IMG/VR virus record: IMGVR_UViG_3300033186_000014
Span: 1-48,314 of that record
DNA from: a virus
DNA length: 48,314 bases
Direction: 5' to 3' (one strand)
Part shown: one piece after another, positions 7,063 to 14,313 of the stretch
How positions within the stretch are numbered: the first letter of the stretch is position 1
How the letters are laid out: each line of letters begins with the position of its first letter
Notes under the pieces: generated by a model
Database searches by the model: none
Told to the model about the DNA's origin: nothing
What the model saw: only the letters and a program-made list of their open reading frames with translations
Program-made: the position numbers and the translations under genes

Positions 7063-7794
7063 TCAGTTCTCGGCCAGTGCGGCCTTAATGTGATCCGCAG
7101 CCTCTTTCAAAACCGCCTTTGCTTTCATGTCTTCTTCAACGTCTGGATGATCTAGATCGGCCTTAGCGCGAATGTCCGCATTGACCTTCTCAACCCATGC
7201 CGCGCGTTCTTGTGCGGTCAGTTCTGGACCCTTAGATTCTGGCGGCTTGATGTTTTTCAGACGATCAATCAGGATTGTGCGTTGGCTCAAAAGCGCGTCG
7301 GCTTCGGCCTTCATATCGTGCCAGCTTGGAAACCATTTCCACGTCTTTTCAAGCAGCAAAAACCGCACGATATCGGACGGGTAACCAGCAAGCCGCGTCG
7401 CGTATGATTGCAGGCTCACGCGGTGCCCAAGTTCGCTATCGCCACGCCTCGCGCAAATCGAATGAAGCTCAACAAGCCAGTTCTCAATCCGGTCAAACTC
7501 GGCAGGGGCAAGCATCAGTTCAATTTCACTTGCCAACTTCTCAGCATTCTCAACAGCGCCACCAAGCCGGAGCCCGTTACAAATCCAACGCGATCCACCT
7601 TGCTTCGGAAACTCACTCCGGCCCGTCAGTTCAAACCGGATCCCGTAGCTCGCCGCAATTTCCTTGATCCGGTTTCCAACCTTCCGAGGGGTTTGAGTGA
7701 CAAGCCATTCTGCAACCTGCTCGGATTTCCGCTGGTCCACCATCTGACAATTTTCAGCCACCACAACGGGCAAAGCGTCTACAAGCTGTCTCAT
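7063..7794 (-). CDS. Hypothetical replication-module protein
   Basis: ATGA overlap with the DUF1376 gene. No recognisable NTPase motif. Confidence 0.6.
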   Translation of the reverse strand: MRQLVDALPVVVAENCQMVDQRKSEQVAEWLVTQTPRKVGNRIKEIAASYGIRFELTGRSEFPKQGGSRWICNGLRLGGAVENAEKLASEIELMLAPAEFDRIENWLVELHSICARRGDSELGHRVSLQSYATRLAGYPSDIVRFLLLEKTWKWFPSWHDMKAEADALLSQRTILIDRLKNIKPPESKGPELTAQERAAWVEKVNADIRAKADLDHPDVEEDMKAKAVLKEAADHIKAALAEN

Positions 7795-8648
7795 TCCGCT
7801 GACTTTCCAAGTTGATCTGCCCACGGGTCTGGGACCAAGGTTAAATTCGGAGCAGTACGCCCCGCTCTGCTGGCCCTGTTGGCGACCGCGGCGTCAGCGA
7901 ATGACGAGGGCCCACGGTTCTGGCTTGGCGATGACGCCCCTGACCTCTCCAGCCATTCAGGCTCAACGGATTTCCAGCCGCGCAAAATCATTTCATTCGC
8001 CGCAAGGACTGGATCAGGACATTTTTGGAGACGGTTCACCAGCCCCGTTGCTGCTCGTGGCGTATTCGGTGCCTTGAGTTTCGTTCGGTGCTTGGCAATG
8101 TCGTTTGCAAGCTCGTCACCGAGGATTGGCACAAGCGCTTCAACAAAAATTTGGCGATCAGATTTAGGCTTCAAAACAACAGAAGCCGAAGGCGTCTTTT
8201 TGGATATATCGTTAGATATATCTTTTTCTATATTTGGCTTTGGTTTTGGTTGGCATCCTTCGGGCATATGCCCCAGCGATGCGTCCGCATTGTCACTGCC
8301 ATTGTTTTTATTGTCTTTTTTATCCCATCGCGACTGTGCTGCAGCTTTCGCTTTCTCACTTTTTCCTGTCACGTTTTTGATCTCTTTTTCGGCCCGTTCG
8401 TTGGTGATGCGCCCTTCCCGCTCAACAATTTTCCCTTCGGAAATGAGGTATTCGAGCGCCTTTACAAACTTCGCCTTGCTGCCACACCCGCAGAGCCTTG
8501 CAAGCCGGTTGTCGTCCCGCTCGATAGGCCCGGCCATCTCGTAAATGCGAGCAACCAAAGTGATATAGACACCGGTTTCCTCGGCACTAAGCCCACGTGT
8601 TCCAGCAAGCCAGTCAGACGGGTAAAACGGGACGTGGACGATGCTCAT
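7791..8648 (-). CDS. DUF1376 (YdaU-like) replication-associated protein
   Basis: VPFYPSDWLAGTRGLSAEETGVYITLVARIYEMAGPIERDDNRLARLCGC is the characteristic DUF1376 N-terminus. SD GGGGG. Confidence 0.7.
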   Translation of the reverse strand: MSIVHVPFYPSDWLAGTRGLSAEETGVYITLVARIYEMAGPIERDDNRLARLCGCGSKAKFVKALEYLISEGKIVEREGRITNERAEKEIKNVTGKSEKAKAAAQSRWDKKDNKNNGSDNADASLGHMPEGCQPKPKPNIEKDISNDISKKTPSASVVLKPKSDRQIFVEALVPILGDELANDIAKHRTKLKAPNTPRAATGLVNRLQKCPDPVLAANEMILRGWKSVEPEWLERSGASSPSQNRGPSSFADAAVANRASRAGRTAPNLTLVPDPWADQLGKSAE

Positions 8649-8649
8649 A

Positions 8650-9135
8650 TCACCCCCTCACGTCCGCCAGCGAGCGGCGCAGGGCTTCCAGCGCGGTCAT
8701 CTGGCTGTCGATCTGCTTCTTAAGGGTTTGTGCTTCTTTCGGGGTGACCTTGCCGTCTTCCAGCGCATCAGCAACCGTTGCAGTAAAAGCACCGCAAGAG
8801 CCAAGCGCATGGATGCAGGCCGGGACCGGGGCTTCCTCTTTCGTGCATTCAATTTTCTGCACGCTGTAGCCTAGAACCTTCAAAAGCGAGGCTGCAATAA
8901 CGGGCTCTTGGCCCAAATCTTCAACCAAATGTCGATCAATCGCGACACAGGCCAAAGCAGGCGGGAAAACAGCATCGTTCGGATTGGCCCAGCGATACAA
9001 AAGGCTCGGCTCACGCCCCAGCTCAAACGCTGCGCTTTTGGGCCCGCCACTCCTTTGAAATGCCTCTTTCAAAGCGATGCAAAAATCTTCAACCAGACCG
9101 CTTGCAAGGCTAAAATTTGGATCTTTTTCGGCCAT
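8650..9135 (-). CDS. Regulatory protein, possibly CII (CP76)-like
   Basis: Start taken at ATG 9135 (MAEKDPNF..). It sits between cro and the replication genes. LLYRWANPND...ASLLKVLGY...DGKVTPKEAQTLKKQI loosely recalls phage CII/CP76 proteins. Confidence 0.4.
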   Translation of the reverse strand: MAEKDPNFSLASGLVEDFCIALKEAFQRSGGPKSAAFELGREPSLLYRWANPNDAVFPPALACVAIDRHLVEDLGQEPVIAASLLKVLGYSVQKIECTKEEAPVPACIHALGSCGAFTATVADALEDGKVTPKEAQTLKKQIDSQMTALEALRRSLADVRG

Positions 9136-9217
9136 TATAAAAAGGTCTCTCAATTGTAAATGACTTTTGTACGCATCTGTCCGATACTGAGACCGAAGCC
9201 AAGAGCGTCTAAGCGTT

Positions 9218-9420
9218 GGGGCCGGGCTGCTGGTTTGCTTAAACCCGGCCCCAGTTGGCGGACTTCCCCGGTTCATTTGTCTGCCGGGGTTCATAAGAGC
9301 GGGGACCGATTTGCTGGTTTTATAGGGGTCGGCCCCCGGCTCTAAAGGGTGCGGGACGGCCATTGGAGGGAAACCGCCCCGCTATGGCTGGCCCTGGGAG
9401 GGAGAGGAGCCGCACCAGCC
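9218..9420 (-). promoter_or_regulatory. GC-rich multi-hairpin untranslated region between the cro block and the CII-like gene (nutR/tR1-position analogue)
   Basis: Five stems: 9218-9252 (9 bp), 9266-9289 (6 bp), 9301-9337, 9351-9382 (9 bp) and 9386-9420 (6 bp). The two imperfect stems are G-U wobbles only on the minus-strand RNA. Confidence 0.45.
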
Positions 9421-9424
9421 ACTT

Positions 9425-9577
9425 TTATTCCATGCCCCAAGGCTCCGGCTTGATCTGCTTGATCTCGTCAATGAGCTGATCATATTCCTTAGAAAGCTGC
9501 CGATAATGCCAAGCCATAAACCAACCGTAACAAGCGAGACTAAGCAGGATGAACATTCCCAATGCATAGAAATCCAT
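9425..9577 (-). CDS. Small single-TM protein (50 aa), paralogue B
   Basis: AAGGAG lies 8 nt before the ATG. Encodes MDFYALGMFILLSLACYGWFMAWHYRQLSKEYDQLIDEIKQIKPEPWGME. Below the track cutoff. Confidence 0.5.
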   Translation of the reverse strand: MDFYALGMFILLSLACYGWFMAWHYRQLSKEYDQLIDEIKQIKPEPWGME

Positions 9578-9579
9578 GG

Positions 9580-9744
9580 TCACAACTCCTTACTCTTTTT
9601 AGCTTCAAGGCTGCTGTTCGATATGCGTGTTCTGACCCATGAGTCGCGAGGGTCTTTGCAAAGCTGCGGATAAAGCCAAGCCACGAACCAGAAAAAACAG
9701 CCAACCGCGATCAGAATGAAGCTTCCCAATGCGTAGAAATCCAT
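9580..9744 (-). CDS. Small single-TM protein (54 aa), paralogue A
   Basis: AGGAGGAG lies 5 nt before the ATG, 2 nt after the cro-like stop. Encodes MDFYALGSFILIAVGCFFWFVAWLYPQLCKDPRDSWVRTRISNSSLEAKKSKEL. Confidence 0.5.
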   Translation of the reverse strand: MDFYALGSFILIAVGCFFWFVAWLYPQLCKDPRDSWVRTRISNSSLEAKKSKEL

Positions 9745-9746
9745 GG

Positions 9747-9953
9747 TCACTCCTCCTTTGCTGTCTTCCAGCGGAAAAGGTCAAAAGGCACCTCTTGGCT
9801 ATTCTTCTTGCCAAGATCCGTAACCGCCCGATACCACGCAGCTGGGAATTTGCCGTCATAAATCGCATTGTAAACCGACGCGTTTGTCACGCCGACCTCA
9901 ACTGCAATTTGCGATACGCCGATGGCGCTAACGATTTGTTTGATATCAGTCAT
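9747..9953 (-). CDS. Cro-like HTH regulator
   Basis: MTDIKQIVSAIGVSQIAVEVGVTNASVYNAIYDGKFPAAWY is Cro/YdaS-type. Divergent from the XRE repressor gene. Confidence 0.7.
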   Translation of the reverse strand: MTDIKQIVSAIGVSQIAVEVGVTNASVYNAIYDGKFPAAWYRAVTDLGKKNSQEVPFDLFRWKTAKEE

Positions 9954-9963
9954 GAAAGCAGTA

Positions 9964-9980
9964 TTACAAGTTTCTTGTAA
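9964..9980. promoter_or_regulatory. Operator-like palindrome O1
   Basis: TTACAAG-ttt-CTTGTAA in the cI-like/cro-like intergenic region. Confidence 0.55.
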
Positions 9981-10006
9981 ATACACAAGTCAAAAATTCC
10001 TAAATA

Positions 10007-10022
10007 TACAAATTAATTTGAA
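10007..10022. promoter_or_regulatory. Operator-like palindrome O3
   Basis: TACAAA-ttaa-TTTGAA, with half-sites related to O1 and O2. Confidence 0.4.
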
Positions 10023-10039
10023 AGTGCCATTTTATCGCC

Positions 10040-10363
10040 ATGCAAAATGATCGCCCCAGCTCACCAGAAAACATTGCCACACGGCTAGAATGGCTGCGGG
10101 ATTATCACGGCCTGACATGGAAGGAATTTGCTGCCAGCATCAACGCATCGTCAGCAAAGGTCAGTAATTGGATAAATGGCACAGGCCGCCTATCTATTGA
10201 CGGCGCACTTTCAATTCGTGAGATCTATAGAGTTTCGTTGGATTTTTTGTATCTCGGCGATGCGTCATCATTGCCACTTGAAATGCGGAAATCGTGGATA
10301 TTACGAAATGGTGGAAGCATTTCCGAGACGGAAGAAGTTGTCTCGACCGTTAATAGTGACTGA
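10040..10363 (+). CDS. XRE-family repressor (cI analogue) lacking an S24 peptidase domain
   Basis: HTH region LTWKEFAASINASSAKVSNWINGTGRLSIDGALSIREIY. Only 107 aa. Confidence 0.75.
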   Translation: MQNDRPSSPENIATRLEWLRDYHGLTWKEFAASINASSAKVSNWINGTGRLSIDGALSIREIYRVSLDFLYLGDASSLPLEMRKSWILRNGGSISETEEVVSTVNSD

Positions 10364-10870
10364 CACAACAACCGCAATGCCTGGTCGCTGAAATTCTCTG
10401 TCCCGAACCACAATTGTTCTAGGGACAACCCTTTCCGCTCACACACATCAAGCAACATGTGTAGCCGATCATCCGCATTCATACTTATTACCTACTACTT
10501 GCAATATTTTAAACGCCCCACAGCCTGATTTGACGTTGCAGCAATAGCTTAGAGCCATCTATGATATGTTGCTAAACCACTTTTCGGTTGCTATGCGAAG
10601 AGTTAGCGGCAGATAACAAGCCGCTCCCATTCGCAAGAACTTCCCCCCGCGCAGACTGCAAAGACGCGTTTTTTAATACCAGCACAACAGCTCCCCGGGG
10701 GAGAGCGGGCGTACTAGATACGATAAGGCAAGTCTCTTTTGCCGAAAGTGAGGTGGTAGGAACACCTCACCCCGCGAATTATTACTTGCTACCATCCAGT
10801 ATGCAACCCTTAAACGATAACTTTTGCAAATTAGATCAATTCTATATTACAATTTTTTTTGAATTTTGCA

Positions 10871-10899
10871 TTGACGTTACAAATTATTTGTATTATTGT
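10871..10899 (+). promoter_or_regulatory. Early-left (PL-like) promoter with overlapping operator O2
   Basis: TTGACG, 17-bp spacer, TATTGT. The spacer contains TACAAA-tta-TTTGTA (10878-10892). A T8 UP-like tract lies at 10853-10860. Confidence 0.55.
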
Positions 10900-10943
10900 T
10901 TACCCATCACCGCAGAGAGCGGCAGCAACGATGGGAGACAACA

Positions 10944-11387
10944 ATGGGAACACGGGCATCATTCTTTATTGGCAATCCAGAAGACATTGAAAATCGCCAG
11001 TGGCTCGGCTGTGTGGCGTGGGATGGATATCCTGATGGTGACATTGGGCGTTTTCTTGAAGCTGCAACAACCGAAGACGATTTTGCCGAAGCCGTGAGCA
11101 AGATTGCAGCGTCGCGCGATGATTATTGCGATCCGAAAAAGTACGACTTCCCCTTCCCTTGGAGTGACGACCTTTTTCTGACCGACTTTACCTATGCTTT
11201 TTTTGATGAAGAAGTTTGGGCCACGAGCTTTCACACGGGCTGGGCATTGCTGAAAGAACATCTTAACGCAGATGATGAATGGCACGAGATGTACAGCAAT
11301 CGCGAAGAACTCCCAAGCAATGTACAAGCCCCGCAGAAAGCCGGGAAACCGGCAGGGCCAGACAGCATCATCATTATATCAGCCTAG
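10944..11387 (+). CDS. Hypothetical acidic early protein (147 aa)
   Basis: ATG 10944 follows the GGGAGA SD. First gene after the PL-like promoter. Confidence 0.65.
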   Translation: MGTRASFFIGNPEDIENRQWLGCVAWDGYPDGDIGRFLEAATTEDDFAEAVSKIAASRDDYCDPKKYDFPFPWSDDLFLTDFTYAFFDEEVWATSFHTGWALLKEHLNADDEWHEMYSNREELPSNVQAPQKAGKPAGPDSIIIISA

Positions 11388-11434
11388 CCCTTTTCCCTGC
11401 TGCTTTAACAGGCAGCAGTATTAAGAGCTATCAC
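11385..11434 (+). repeat. 50-bp intergenic repeat, copy 1 (contains a 7-bp hairpin)
   Basis: TAGCCCTTTTCCCTGCTGCTTTAACAGGCAGCAGTATTAAGAGCTATCAC is identical to 12059-12108. It begins with the stop codon of the preceding gene. Confidence 0.9.
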
Positions 11435-11465
11435 CGCAGAGAGCGGCAAACGATGGGAGATCCAA

Positions 11466-11846
11466 ATGGACATCAACGAAATGACAATCGGGCAGGCAAA
11501 AGAGCTTACTGCACTTTTTGGCGCAACCGCCAGCGCTGAACCGACCTTTACCAAGCACATCGGCAAGAAATGCATCATCCGAACCTATGCCAGCGGCGTG
11601 CATTTCGGAACGCTTACCGCCCAATCAGGCCGACAGGTTGAATTAAAAGATTCCCGCCGCCTTTGGAAATGGCACGCGAAGGACGGGATCAGTCTTTCTG
11701 AGGTTGCGATGACTGGCATTGATCAGAGCAAATCACGCATTTGCGCGGTCGTTGATGAAATGACCATCACCGACGCACTGGAAATCATCCCTGCAAAATC
11801 AAATGCAATTGAAAGCATCGAAACAGCACCGGTAGCGTCAAAATGA
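11466..11846 (+). CDS. Hypothetical conserved phage protein (126 aa)
   Basis: SD GGGAGA. ATGA coupling to the next gene. Confidence 0.65.
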   Translation: MDINEMTIGQAKELTALFGATASAEPTFTKHIGKKCIIRTYASGVHFGTLTAQSGRQVELKDSRRLWKWHAKDGISLSEVAMTGIDQSKSRICAVVDEMTITDALEIIPAKSNAIESIETAPVASK

Positions 11847-12061
11847 GCAAGTATTTTGAAGATTTTGAGGTGAGCGGCTCCGGCAACGGCTACGGCAACG
11901 GCGACGGCTTCGGCAACGGCTCCGGCTACGGCTACGGCAACGGCGACGGCTACGGCTACGGCTACGGCTACGGCAACGGCGACGGCTACGGCTACGGCGA
12001 CGGTGACGGCGACGGCTACGGCAACGGCGACGGCTACGGCGACGGTGACGGTGACGACTAG
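11843..12061 (+). CDS. (Gly-X)30 dipeptide-repeat protein, X = Tyr, Asn, Asp, Ser or Phe
   Basis: MSKYFEDFEVS followed by 30 GGC/GGT-NNN units and a terminal D. Translationally coupled (ATGA) to the upstream gene. Confidence 0.55.
   Translation: MSKYFEDFEVSGSGNGYGNGDGFGNGSGYGYGNGDGYGYGYGYGNGDGYGYGDGDGDGYGNGDGYGDGDGDD
11876..12055 (+). repeat. Hexanucleotide tandem repeat (GGC-TAC, -AAC, -GAC...) x30, coding
   Basis: Direct reading: ggctccggcaacggctacggcaacggcgacggc... Confidence 0.9.
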
Positions 12062-12108
12062 CCCTTTTCCCTGCTGCTTTAACAGGCAGCAGTATTAAGA
12101 GCTATCAC
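12059..12108 (+). repeat. 50-bp intergenic repeat, copy 2
   Basis: Exact copy of 11385-11434. Confidence 0.9.
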
Positions 12109-12122
12109 AAAGGAGCGGAACG

Positions 12123-12482
12123 ATGACCAACAGCCAATCAATGCAGATTTTCGACACGCTGATTGCAGCGATTGACGTGGCCAAAGCAAAGCAGAGCCGC
12201 TTTGAGGCAAACGGCCCGAACGGCAAGGCTGATGTAGCAAGTAGCACGCTGGAAATCATGAACGCTCTGACAGCGGCTTATGTGCAGACAATGCGCGATC
12301 TGAATGAAGATTGCATCGACATGACGGGTCTCGGCAATGCCGACAAAACAGACGCTAAGGATTTCTGCGAGGCTCTTGATGACCTCGTTGTCGAGAGCTT
12401 CACAGCCAAGCTTGAGACGGATGTTGAAGACTATCGACGCGGTGACGGCTGGTCTGATCCTTCAAACATCGCCGCCGAATAG
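12123..12482 (+). CDS. Hypothetical strongly acidic protein (119 aa, about 23 D/E against 10 K/R)
   Basis: SD AGGAG. Composition counted from the translation. Confidence 0.65.
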   Translation: MTNSQSMQIFDTLIAAIDVAKAKQSRFEANGPNGKADVASSTLEIMNALTAAYVQTMRDLNEDCIDMTGLGNADKTDAKDFCEALDDLVVESFTAKLETDVEDYRRGDGWSDPSNIAAE

Positions 12483-12506
12483 CCGCCCTCATTTAAGGAC
12501 AAGACT

Positions 12507-13196
12507 ATGACTAAATTTCGAAAGTATGCAAAGAGCGCTTGGTGCATTGAGACTACAGTCGATCACGTTCACGGCGACAAAGTTACAGTAACAACCAGAC
12601 ACGGCAAAGAAGTTGACGTGAAAATCTGGAAACTGATCTTCGAAAAAGATGGCGTCAAGTACTATTCGTATATCCGCGACGATGGCAGGTGCGCAAAGGA
12701 AAAGCATCTGCGCAATGCCGAGCGCTATGCAAACCGGGCCAATAAGAAACGAGATCAAAGCAACGACTATTATGAGAGATCTCGCAAAGACAGTGATTTC
12801 CTATCTTTGGGCGAGCCCATCAAGGTTGGTCACCACTCCGAAAAACGCCACCGCAGAATGGTAGAGCAAGCTCGGAGTAACGCCACAAAATCAGTTGCAG
12901 CGCTCAAGGAATCCGAAAATCTAGCTGAAAAAGCTGAAGGTGCGCAATATGCGGCTGACAGCAAGATTTATCTCGATACCCCGGATTGCCTCGAGGCTTT
13001 GAGCAACAAGTTGAGCCAGCTGGAGGCTGAGCGTGAGGCTATCAAGGCTCACAACAAGACATCTAGCGAAAAAGCCCCCGGCTATTTGCTCCCCAATCTG
13101 GGTGCCCAGATCAGAACGACCAAAGCCAATCTGAAAATCGCCGTTGCTATGTGGCAACTTGAGCCAGTCACTACATCAGCCGAAGCAGTCCAATGA
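12507..13196 (+). CDS. DUF3560-like protein
   Basis: GEPIKVGHHSEKRHRRMVEQARSN matches the DUF3560 core (GEPILVGHHSE+RHR). Confidence 0.6.
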   Translation: MTKFRKYAKSAWCIETTVDHVHGDKVTVTTRHGKEVDVKIWKLIFEKDGVKYYSYIRDDGRCAKEKHLRNAERYANRANKKRDQSNDYYERSRKDSDFLSLGEPIKVGHHSEKRHRRMVEQARSNATKSVAALKESENLAEKAEGAQYAADSKIYLDTPDCLEALSNKLSQLEAEREAIKAHNKTSSEKAPGYLLPNLGAQIRTTKANLKIAVAMWQLEPVTTSAEAVQ

Positions 13197-13294
13197 CCTC
13201 TTTTGGCCTTGGCTGGCGCGACCTCTTGGCCCTTGCCAGTCTCACTATTTTTCTTTCCGCCCTGTTTATTTGGGCCAACATCCTTGGAGCCTGA
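13193..13294 (+). CDS. Small TM protein (33 aa)
   Basis: ATGA overlap. Encodes MTSFGLGWRDLLALASLTIFLSALFIWANILGA. Below the track cutoff. Confidence 0.4.
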   Translation: MTSFGLGWRDLLALASLTIFLSALFIWANILGA

Positions 13295-13297
13295 ACA

Positions 13298-13540
13298 ATG
13301 ACCAAGAAGCCCAAAGCGCTCTCATTCGATCCTGAATATGTCCGCGACATCTCTGTTGAGGTTTACATGGAGCGCCTTGGAAAGCGTGACACTCAACGGG
13401 TTTTGAACGACCCGGAGCGGGGACTAGAGCACATCCGCAAGAATGCTGTTTTCTATGACCCGCAAGTTACCGCCGCTCTTAGAGCCATCAACAAGCGCCA
13501 TAGTCTTGAGCTTGGCGTAAAGCATGGGGAGGCGTCATGA
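13298..13540 (+). CDS. Hypothetical protein
   Basis: SD GGAG. Tightly packed with neighbours. Confidence 0.6.
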   Translation: MTKKPKALSFDPEYVRDISVEVYMERLGKRDTQRVLNDPERGLEHIRKNAVFYDPQVTAALRAINKRHSLELGVKHGEAS

Positions 13541-13635
13541 CCTTCGACGAGCACACCAAAAGCCTTGAAGAAAGAGTCGAAAAGATAGCCAAGGCCAAGA
13601 GCTTTTCAGACCTTCCACCGAACACCTATTACTAG
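13537..13635 (+). CDS. Small hypothetical protein (32 aa)
   Basis: ATGA overlap. Encodes MTFDEHTKSLEERVEKIAKAKSFSDLPPNTYY. Confidence 0.35.
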   Translation: MTFDEHTKSLEERVEKIAKAKSFSDLPPNTYY

Positions 13636-13645
13636 AGGTTTTGAG

Positions 13646-13951
13646 ATGAAATTTGGAGACCTGATCAGAAACAAATGGGCTTCGGATGATAACCCAAGAA
13701 AAGAAGGTTTCTTTGTTTCCGCCGAGATCCGAAGAGGAATAATAAATCCGGGAAGATACGTTCGGCTTTCAAATGGAAAAACAACTTGGGAAGTCAAAGA
13801 TGGCGGGAATTTGACGGTTGTCGCTAATGCTTTCGATGTTCTCGAAAAGGTAAATCACACGTTGGTTGCGCATGGCCACATGGATGCGAACACGCCGCTG
13901 CATGAGCTTGTCGCTTCAACCCTTTCAAAGACAGCAGAGGTTTTGAGATGA
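13646..13951 (+). CDS. Hypothetical protein
   Basis: SD GAGG. ATGA overlap downstream. Confidence 0.6.
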   Translation: MKFGDLIRNKWASDDNPRKEGFFVSAEIRRGIINPGRYVRLSNGKTTWEVKDGGNLTVVANAFDVLEKVNHTLVAHGHMDANTPLHELVASTLSKTAEVLR

Positions 13952-14313
13952 CTAAATCACTTTCAACACCGGGTCCTTGGGCTTTGATGGATAAAGGCGA
14001 TTACTCGGACTTTAACGGTAATAGCCGCGTCATTCTTTCGGAAGACATCGGCGGCGAAAATCCGTTCAGGATCGCAGTTGTGCATGTGAGCGATGATGAA
14101 GCGGAAGCCAACGCCCGCCTAATCGCGAGCGCGCCTGAAATGTATGAAGGCCTGTGTGCATTGGCTGATTATGAGTGGCAGGAAATAGAGCCAAACGGGG
14201 CGGATATCCCGGAACATCTGCAAGATTACATCCACGAATTGGAGCAATTTGCCACTCAGGCACAAATCGCGGCCCGCGCCACCATCGCCAAGGCCAAGGG
14301 AGAGGTGTCATGA
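13948..14313 (+). CDS. Hypothetical protein of the PGPW...ANARLIASAPEMYE type
   Basis: The motif pair TPGPW and EANARLIASAPEMYEGL recurs in many phage proteins of unknown function. Confidence 0.6.
   Translation: MTKSLSTPGPWALMDKGDYSDFNGNSRVILSEDIGGENPFRIAVVHVSDDEAEANARLIASAPEMYEGLCALADYEWQEIEPNGADIPEHLQDYIHELEQFATQAQIAARATIAKAKGEVS

Noticed and set aside
7879-8723. Two long plus-strand ORFs (221 and 232 aa)
   Set aside because: They are antisense to the DUF1376 replication gene, with Ser/Phe/Arg-rich composition typical of shadow ORFs.
10225-10482. 85-aa minus-strand ORF convergent with and overlapping the repressor gene
   Set aside because: It overlaps the XRE gene by 139 nt, has a weak SD, and its overlapped part is poor sequence. 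The N-terminal 39 aa (..ERKGLSLEQLWFG..) are mildly HTH-like, so a short real gene cannot be fully excluded.
10588-11097. 169-aa plus-strand track ORF spanning the PL-like promoter
   Set aside because: It has a non-ATG start and low-complexity, non-protein-like sequence. It runs through the promoter and operator and overlaps the real gene starting at 10944 in another frame.
11876-12055. Regular short repeats that might suggest a CRISPR array or non-coding satellite
   Set aside because: The period is 6 nt with no spacers. The repeats are in frame, with a coupled start codon and a stop, so this is a coding Gly-X repeat.
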